Source of the DNA: Verrucomicrobiota bacterium
GTDB taxonomy: Bacteria > Verrucomicrobiota > Verrucomicrobiia > Limisphaerales > JAIPKD01
Assembly (NCBI GenBank): GCA_021733835.1
Contig: JAIPKD010000001.1
Span: 17,516-81,515 of the forward strand
Reading direction: 5' to 3'
DNA length: 64,000 bases
Position 1 is the stretch's first letter, and every line of letters starts with the position of its first letter. The notes under the pieces were generated by a model. That model worked only from the letters and a program-made list of their open reading frames with translations, did no database searches and was not told where the DNA came from. The position numbers and the translations under genes are program-made. Of the stretch, positions 16,701 to 25,700 are shown one piece after another.

Positions 16701-19700
16701 TACGGTCGTAGCGGGGCATCCAAGCGTGATCATAATGAGTGAGCAGCCGGATTTCGCGGGCGCTCAATGGCAATCGTATGCTACGGCATTGCCGTTTACC
16801 ATGAGCAGTGACGCGGGACCCAAGCGCATCTACTGCAAGGTGAGGAATGGAGCTGGCTCCTCAAGTGTGGCCTCGGCCGAAATTACGCTGGCACCTCCCG
16901 ATTCCGCCGTGGTTGCTTGCCGGACGTTGCTGCCCCCGACCCCCTTTCCGCCTGGAACGATGGACATTGCCATCTACGTGAATCACCGCGGAGATCCCGC
17001 GACTGCCCTGGAGTTGGAGGAACAGCTTCCAACCGGGTGGGTGTTCGACTCGATCGTTGACGGGCCGGCGCCATCGTCGGCGCCTATGGCTGGAAAGACC
17101 GGTTGCCTGTTGTTTCGCTGGAACAATGTGCCGTCTGCGCCTTTTACTTTCATGTACCGGATCCGGTTTGCCGGCGAGGCCTTTGGGAACGGCACCGTGA
17201 TCGGAGAAGCGCGCTTGGGCAGTGAGGGGGAGGCCCAGGTTGTGACCATTGGCGGCCATACATCACCCCAGGAGGTTCGTACACACGACACGACGTTTCA
17301 TAGACTGCTGTACCACGTAGAAGTCCTTTCTGACGACTTGTGGGATTGGATCGCTGAAGCGGGATTTACCCTCGTTCACTCCTACGGTGGTGACATCAAC
17401 TCCATGCTCCAGATGATGGACAAGGCCCACAAGCGGGGAATCAAGGTGATAGCAGGGCTTCATAAATGGGCTGAAGTGCGCTGGTTGTGGTTGGCAGTGG
17501 ATCAGAGTGCTCCCGACGCACCAACAAGACTCGAGTGTCAAGTTCGACAGCACTACACTGAGGCGAACCCGTCTCTGGTGCTTCTGGCCGATGATGGGCA
17601 TCCTCTGAATATGCTCAGAATCCCCCTCGATAGCTCAGACAGGGATACCATCGGCGAGCTGGCGGCATATCTGAATGGATTAGGCTATGGGCTTAGCGCA
17701 GAGGTTGAGCCCCGCAAGGAGAACAAGTCATCGGTGTTCTTGGGCACGGCGCAGTATCCAGACGCGACAGAATCCCCCGTTGCGCTCTATGGTGGGGAGC
17801 TGGCGAAAGACTACAGCGAGTATGTCAAAAGCCTCAAAGACCACCCCGCCTTATTCTGCTTTTTGCCGTTCGATGAGCCAAGTCTTCACTACCGATCACC
17901 GGCCTTTCAGACTTACGTTTGCGAGCGAATACGGGAGTGGGCCCCAAATGCCCTCGTCTATGTGGTTGACCCCGAGACGGAGCCGGGTACCTTTGAACAC
18001 GATCACAAGATTGCTTTCCGAAGTTTCGACGGGATTATCCATGACGTGTATCCAAAACTGCCGCAGCATGCGAGCGTGATACGCAATGGGCTCCTCGATT
18101 GGTGGGCATTCCACGCTTGGGAGGAGCCGAAGGATTGGCTGTTTGTTGGAAAGGCGTTTGCGTACGACAAAGAGTCGATTCCCCCGAAGGGTAGCCTTAT
18201 CGAGCAATGGACGGCCGCGGAGCGGGCAGGTGTCCCGCTTAACGGCTTCGGTTTCTACTGCTGGGGGGGGCATGAGTACAACATCGGAAACCTGCGACCG
18301 CTTCAGCAGGAAAGCGCTGAGGTCAACCACTGGATAGTGGAGAACTACTTTGATGTGCGGATCGAGCAAGATCTGCAACGAGTTGAAGCCGATACGGCTA
18401 CGGTGAATTTCCGGGCAAACGCGGTGGGGGGTAAGCCGGGTTTCGTCTTCCACTGGGATTTCGGTGACGGGAATGAGGGTTGGGGAACTGAGTTATCTCA
18501 CACCTATGACCACGCCGGAGTCTATCGGGTCAGAGTCGATTGCATGGATCAGCGAGGTACCAGCGCTACGAAGGAAACCCACGTGTTTGTTCTGGGCACC
18601 GAAAACCCCACGGTTCAGGAGGGCTTCGATGACGGTGTTGCGGATGGCTTTGTGGTCAACAGCGGGAGCTGGCGCGTTGATGGGCGGTACACCCAGACCG
18701 AGGCGCCAGCAGGATCGGGCTGGTCTTACCTCGCCACCGGGTTGGCGGATCAATATTCGGTGGAGGCGGACGTTGCCTTTGAGGCGGCAGGAGGCGAGGG
18801 CTGGATCATCTGGTCTGGCGCAGCGGGAGGCTCGGACAACCGTTTGAGCCTGCATGTACCGTCGGATCCGGACTTCACCTTCAAAGGAACCCTTCGCCTT
18901 GAGTTGCAGTCGGATACGGGGATTAGCAAAGCGTATTTGCCGTTTGATCGAGACCACGTCTATCGTGTGGTGATTGACGTGCTTTGGGACGCGGTTTTAG
19001 TGAGTGTGGATGGACGTCTCATCTTGGAGCAACCGATCAAGGAATTGCATGGGGATGGGGTCATCGGGTTCGGTGTCAATGGCACGCGTGTCGCGTTCGA
19101 TAATTTTGCGGTCATTCCTCGTTCACTACTCCACGCCCGCCCTCAACTGGCAGCTCCGGAGCCAACCGACCCCCCGTACTCGGTAGCTTTCTCCTCAGAG
19201 GTTATCGGTGGGCGGGACCCTCTAACGATCTCCTGGGACTTTGGAGATGGGGCGACTTCTGACCAAGCAGATCCGGAGCACGAGTATGCCGAACCGGGAG
19301 TGTGGCCCGTCCGCTTGGTAGTGTCCGATGCAGGTGGGCGAACATCTGCAGGAAAGCTCTATGTTATGACTGGCGCCGAGACTTACTATCGGGAGGCCGA
19401 GGACTACGATTGGACGGACGGTTCTCCACCGGGATACCCCGTTTCAGCCGAGTTCGGCGTTCGCTACGGCGAAGGTCAGGTCGGTAGAAAGGGGGTGGAC
19501 TTCTTTGACCTTGATGTCGGACAGGGGGATCAGAGCGGATGGCGCGATTCCGGGGCGGTATCCCTTGAGACCGGCCAGAGCGATACAGGGATCAACATTC
19601 GGTTAGCGAACGAGTCAGATTGGTGGAACTACACGTTTCAATTCCCGTCGGCCGGGCTCGCGCGAGTCCGGGCCATGTGGGCAACAGCCAACTCTCCAGC

Positions 19701-22700
19701 CTCTGCGTGTCGGGTCTATTGGCAAAGCAAGGCGGTTGACGATCTCGTAATCCCCGGCAAAGGCCTGGGAGACTATACGATGATCGAGTCACTCCCATTT
19801 TTAGTTGATACCTCCCTGGGGCGCCTCAAGTTCCGTCCGCTCAATTGGGGACTCAATTTCGCTCGCTTTGAGATCACCTTTGCGCCGGCGACCGACACAG
19901 ATGGTGATGGAGTGGTTGATCTGGTCGATCAGGATGATGACAGCGATGGATTCTTCGATCGAGATGAGGTTGGCAACGGACAGAGCGATCCTCTTGATCC
20001 TGCCTCAGTGCCGGTTGACTTGGATGGTGACTTCCTGTCGGATGGGAGTGATCCGGACATGGATGGCGATGGTGTTTTGAACGAGGACGATCCCCATCCC
20101 TTGCAGCCGAATCGAGCCCCTGTTTTTGACCCAATTGACAACCAGGTAGTCCGCGCCAATGAATTACTCACGTTTCGGCTATCCGCGACGGATGTCGATC
20201 TTCCACCACAGACCACGTCCTTTCACCTGCTTGGCGAGTCCCCCTTGGGAGCGAACCTGACGACTAACGGTGTCTTCAGTTGGACGCCTACCTCGACGCA
20301 AGCGCCGTCAAACTACACCTTCGTGGCGGCGGTCACTGACGACGGATTGCCGGCCATGACATCCACGAGGACATTCCAGGTGCGGGTCGATGAGGCACTG
20401 GAAGAAGGCTTCGAGGCTGTGACCATCCAGACTAGCAGCGGTCCCGGGACGGTGGTCGTGCCACGGAAGCATTACGAGTTCAAAGCCCTGAACCGGACAC
20501 TTTACCTGTCAACGACTGGCGATGACACCAACCCTGGCACTATAGATCAACCTTGGCGAACGTTCGCCCATGCCATTGATCAACTCCAAGCAGGAGACGT
20601 GCTCTACGTACGCGGCGGGGACTATGTGGAGCCTTTCGAGATCCCGTACTCCGCCTCGGGGACGCGAACGATGCCGATAGTCATAAGCGCATTCCCTGGG
20701 GAGCGCGTTCGAATTCGGCAGCCAGAGGGTTGGCATGATGAGGAATCGAATACGTCTTCGACCGTGACAATCTCGGGCCAGTTCATCTGGTTTCACGGCT
20801 TTGAAGTTGAGGGTGACCTCCGACCATCAACTTTATACAACGTGTATTACCGAGGGGGCCATTGCATTAATGTGACGGGCTGGTATGCGCGCGGAGTGCG
20901 AGTGATCAATAACCTCTGCTATTGGGGTAGCGAGTATGGCATTAGAAGTGGTGGGAGAGGTGGAAATTTGATTGAGGGAAACATCGTCTGGGAATGTAGC
21001 GCACCATGGCATGGCGTTGGAATTGACATAGAGGCACCCGGGCTAAATCCGACGATTGTTCGGGGTAACGTCATCCTCAATAGCGCCGGTGGATTCAGAA
21101 TCTCCAAACTTAGAGACAGCAAGGTTCATTTCTACGATAACGTGGTGGCAGACGTGATGGTAAATGGGCTGTCGCTCTCCGGGGACCGAAACGTGATCGC
21201 CCACAATGTGTCCGCTCGTAGCGAAGTGAGTGGCTTGGCAATTGCAGGCGAGGCCAGGTCAAATGCGATTCTTAATAACATCTACTTCGACAGCCGACCG
21301 CAGCATCTTCTAGCTGACGACTATTTCGGCTTGTATGACGGGATCGCACTTCAAAACACCCTCGACTACTGTCTGTTTGATCCTGGGTCGTACTTTGCCT
21401 CACCACCGGAGTGGTGGGCGCCGTGGTTGGGCTCTAATCAGATTCACGCGGATCCGCTGTTCGTCGATGCGGAACGCTACGACTTTCGCCTCCAACCCGG
21501 AAGCCCTGCCCGTGGTGCCGCCGCTCCTGTGAAGTTGCTTGGGGCGCGGTCTTATCCCGATATCGGGCTTTTCCCGGCAACATACTATAGGCAACCAGAG
21601 TGTGCATCTGTACCGGACCTTGAAATATCTGAAGGAGATGAATTGCAGTACCAGCTTCAATTGCTAGAGCCTTTTCCTCCAAACGCCAATGTGAAATACG
21701 AATTTGCTGATGAACCACCGAGTGGAGCTGATCTTAACCAGGAAACAGGGGCGTTCTCCTGGCGTCCAAATGAAAATCAAGGTCCGGGTGATTATCACAT
21801 TAACGTGATTGTCACGGCGCACGAATCGCCACTGCTGACTTCGCTGGTGTCCTTCAACGTCAAGGTGCTCGAAGTAAATCAAGCACCGAAGTTGCCTGAT
21901 ATTGTGGATCGGACCATTTCCGAGGGGCATGCTTTGACCATTCAATTACTGGGCGCTGATGGCTTAGTGCGGGAGGTCTATGGCAATCTGAATGGCGATT
22001 CTTTGGCTGATTTGACGAATGCTCCCATATTTCCCGATCATCCCTCTTCATCTTCAATAATAAACAGCTTTGAGGCGCCGATTGATGTTAATGACTATTA
22101 TGGACAGCGGATGTCTGGATTTATTGTGCCTCCCGTAACTGGCGGCTATGTGTTTTGGATTGCCAGTAATGACCAGGGGGCACTGTTTCTAAGCGCGGAC
22201 GAATCACCCTCAAGTATATCACAAATTGCCATGGTTAATACTTGGACTTCACCAATGGAATGGAATAAGTTTCCTGAACAACAATCATCACCGATTATGC
22301 TACAAGCCGGCCAGTACTACTACATTGAGGCCTTAATGAAGGAAGGAAACGGCGGAGATAATCTTGCGGTTCGATGGCAATTGCCCGATAGCACCATCGA
22401 GGAGCCGATTGCCGGAACGCGCTTAAAACATGGTTGCATTACTATTGATCCCGATGTGCCGACACAGGCATTGACTTTCGAATTAGCTCCAGGTGCCCCG
22501 GAAGGGGCTTCTATTGATCCCGTTACGGGCGTGTTCAACTGGCAGACTGGTGAATCCCATGGTCCAAGCACGAACTTAATTACAATCAAGGTGACTGATA
22601 ATGGAAGTCCGCCCTTAAGCGGCACGACGAGCTTCACAATTATTGTAGCCGAAGAAGACAATACGCCTCCGGAACTTGATCCCATCGGCAATCGCACCGG

Positions 22701-25700
22701 GAGCGAGGGCTCGGAATTCAACTTCACGGCTTCCGCCATTGACAGGCCGGGAATTGATGGCTTAGTGCGGGAGGTCTATGGCAATCTGAATGGCGATTCT
22801 TTGGCTGATTTGACGAATGCTCCCATATTCCCCGATCATCCCTCTTCATCTTCAATAATAAACAGCTTTGAGGCGCCCATTGATGTTAATGATAATTATG
22901 GACAGCGGATATCTGGATTTATTGTACCTCCCGTAACTGGCGACTATGTGTTTTGGATTGCCAGTGATGACCAGGGGGCACTGTTTCTAAGCGCGGACGA
23001 CTCACCCGCAAATATATCACAAATTGCCATGGTTAATACTTGGACTTCATCAAGGGAATGGATTAAGTATCCTGAACAACAATCATCACCGATTACGCTG
23101 CAAGCCGGCCGGTACTACTACATTGAGGCCTTAATGAAGGAAGGAGGCGGCGGAGATAATCTTGCGGTTCGATGGCAATTGCCAGACAGCACCATCGAGG
23201 AACCGATTGCCGGAACGCGCTTAAAACATAGTTACAATACTATTTATCCCTATGTGCCGACTCAGGCATTGACTTTCGAATTAGCTCCAGGTGCCCCGGA
23301 AGGAGCTTCTATTGATCCCGTTACGGGCGTATTCAACTGGCAGACTGGTGAATCCCATGGTCCAAGCACGAACTTAATTACAATCAAGGTGACTGATAAT
23401 GGAAGTCCGCCCTTAAGCAGCATGGCGAGCTTCACAATCATTGTAGCCGAAGACAATACGCCTCCGGAACTTGATCCCATCGGCAATCGCACCGGGAGCG
23501 AAGGCTCGGAATTCAACTTCACGGCTTCCGCCATTGACAGCGATGTTCCGGTCCAACCGTTGACCTATTCCTTGGATAGCGGTTCTCTGACTGGGACCAG
23601 CATCGACCTGACTTCAGGCGTCTTTTCGTGGATACCATCAGAAAGCCAAGGGCCGGGCAATTATCCTGTAACGATCCGAGTCAGTGACGGTATCGCGAGT
23701 GATTCTGAGACCATCACCATCACCGTCAACGAAGTCAATATGGCGCCGGTTTTCTCCACGGTTGCGGATCGATCGATTACCGAGGGTAGTTTGCTTAGCT
23801 TTACCGCCACGGCCACGGACGTAGATGAACCGGCGCAGACGCTGACCTTCGGTCTTGGTGAAGGCGCGCCCGCCGGTGCTGCGGTAGATCCGGATACCGG
23901 CGAGTTCACATGGACGCCGACAGAGGCGCAGGGACCGTCGACGAATAGCATCACTATCGAGGTAACAGATGACGGTGAGGCCGCGTTCAGTGATTCGGTT
24001 ACATTCGAGGTGGTTGTCAGCGAGGTTAATGAGGCGCCTGAGATTGATCCAGTCGCTGATCAAACCGTTGACGAGGAGACGATGCTCACCCTCACCGCCG
24101 CGGCCACGGACGTCGATGAACCTGTGCAGACGTTGACCTTCGGTCTTGGTGAAGGAACGCCCGCCGGTGCTGTGGTCGATCCGAGCACCGGTGAGTTCAC
24201 GTGGACGCCGACAGAGGCCCAGGGGCCATCGACGAATAGCATAACGATCGAGGTAACAGATGACGGTGAGGCCGCGCTCAGTGATTCGGTTACATTCGAG
24301 GTGGTTGTCAGCGAGGTTAATGAGGCGCCTGAGATTGATCCAGTCGCTGATCAAACCGTTGACGAACAGACGGTGCTGACATTCACCGCCACGGCCACGG
24401 ACGTAGATGAACCGGCGCAGACGCTGACCTTCGGTCTTGGTGAAGGAACGCCCGCCGGTGCTGTGGTCGATCCGAGCACCGGCGAGTTCACATGGACGCC
24501 GACAGAGGCCCAGGGGCCATCGACGAATAGCATCACTATCGAGGTAACAGACGACGGTGAGGCCGCGCTCAGTGATTCGGTTACATTCGAGGTGGTTGTC
24601 AGCGAGGTTAATGAGGCGCCTGAGATTGATCCAGTCGCTGATCACACATTTGACGAAGAGACGATGCTGACATTCACCGCCACGGCCACGGACGTAGATG
24701 AACCGGCGCAGACGTTGACCTTCGGTCTTGGTGAAGGAACGCCCGCCGGTGCTGTGGTCGATCCGAGCACCGGTGAGTTCACGTGGACGCCGACCGAGGC
24801 GCAGGGGCCATCGACGAATAGCATAACAATCGAGGTAACAGACGACGGCGAGGCTGCGCTCAGTGATTCGGTTACATTCGAGGTGGTTGTCAGCGAGGTT
24901 AATGAGGCGCCTGAGATTGATCCAGTCGCTGATCAAACCGTTGACGAGCAGACAATGCTGACATTCACCGCCACGGCCACGGACGTAGATGAACCGGCGC
25001 AGACATTGACCTTCGGTCTTGGTGAAGGAGCGCCCGCCGGTGCTGCGGTAGATCCGGAGACCGGTGAGTTCACGTGGACACCGACCGAGGCGCAGGGGCC
25101 GTCGACGAACAGCATAACGATCGAGGTAACAGATGACGGTGAGGCCGCGTTCAGTGATTCGGTTACATTCGATGTGGTCGTCAACGAGGTCAATGAGGCG
25201 CCGGAGGTTGAGCCGGTTTCAGACCAAACCGTTGACGAGCAGACGATGCTTATATTCACCGCCACGGCCACGGATGTGGATGAACCGGCGCAGACGCTGA
25301 CCTTTGGTCTTGGTGAAGGCGCGCCCGCCGGTGCTGCGGTAGATCCGGATACCGGCGAGTTTACGTGGACGCCGACAGAGGCCCAGGGGCCATCGACGAA
25401 TAGCATAACGATCGAGGTAGCAGACGACGGTGAGGCCGCGCTCAGTGATTCGGTTACATTCGAGGTGGTTGTCAGCGAGGTCAATGAAGCGCCGGAGATT
25501 GATCCTGTTGCTAATCAGACCGTTGATGAACAGACGATGCTCACCCTCACCGCCGTGGCATCCGACAACGACGATCCGGCGCAAATACTTACCTTCAGCT
25601 TCGCCGACGGCGCACCCGAAGGCGCCGCTATCGATCCGAGCACCGGCGAGTTTACGTGGACGCCGACAGAGGCCCAGGGGCCATCGACGAATAGCATAAC

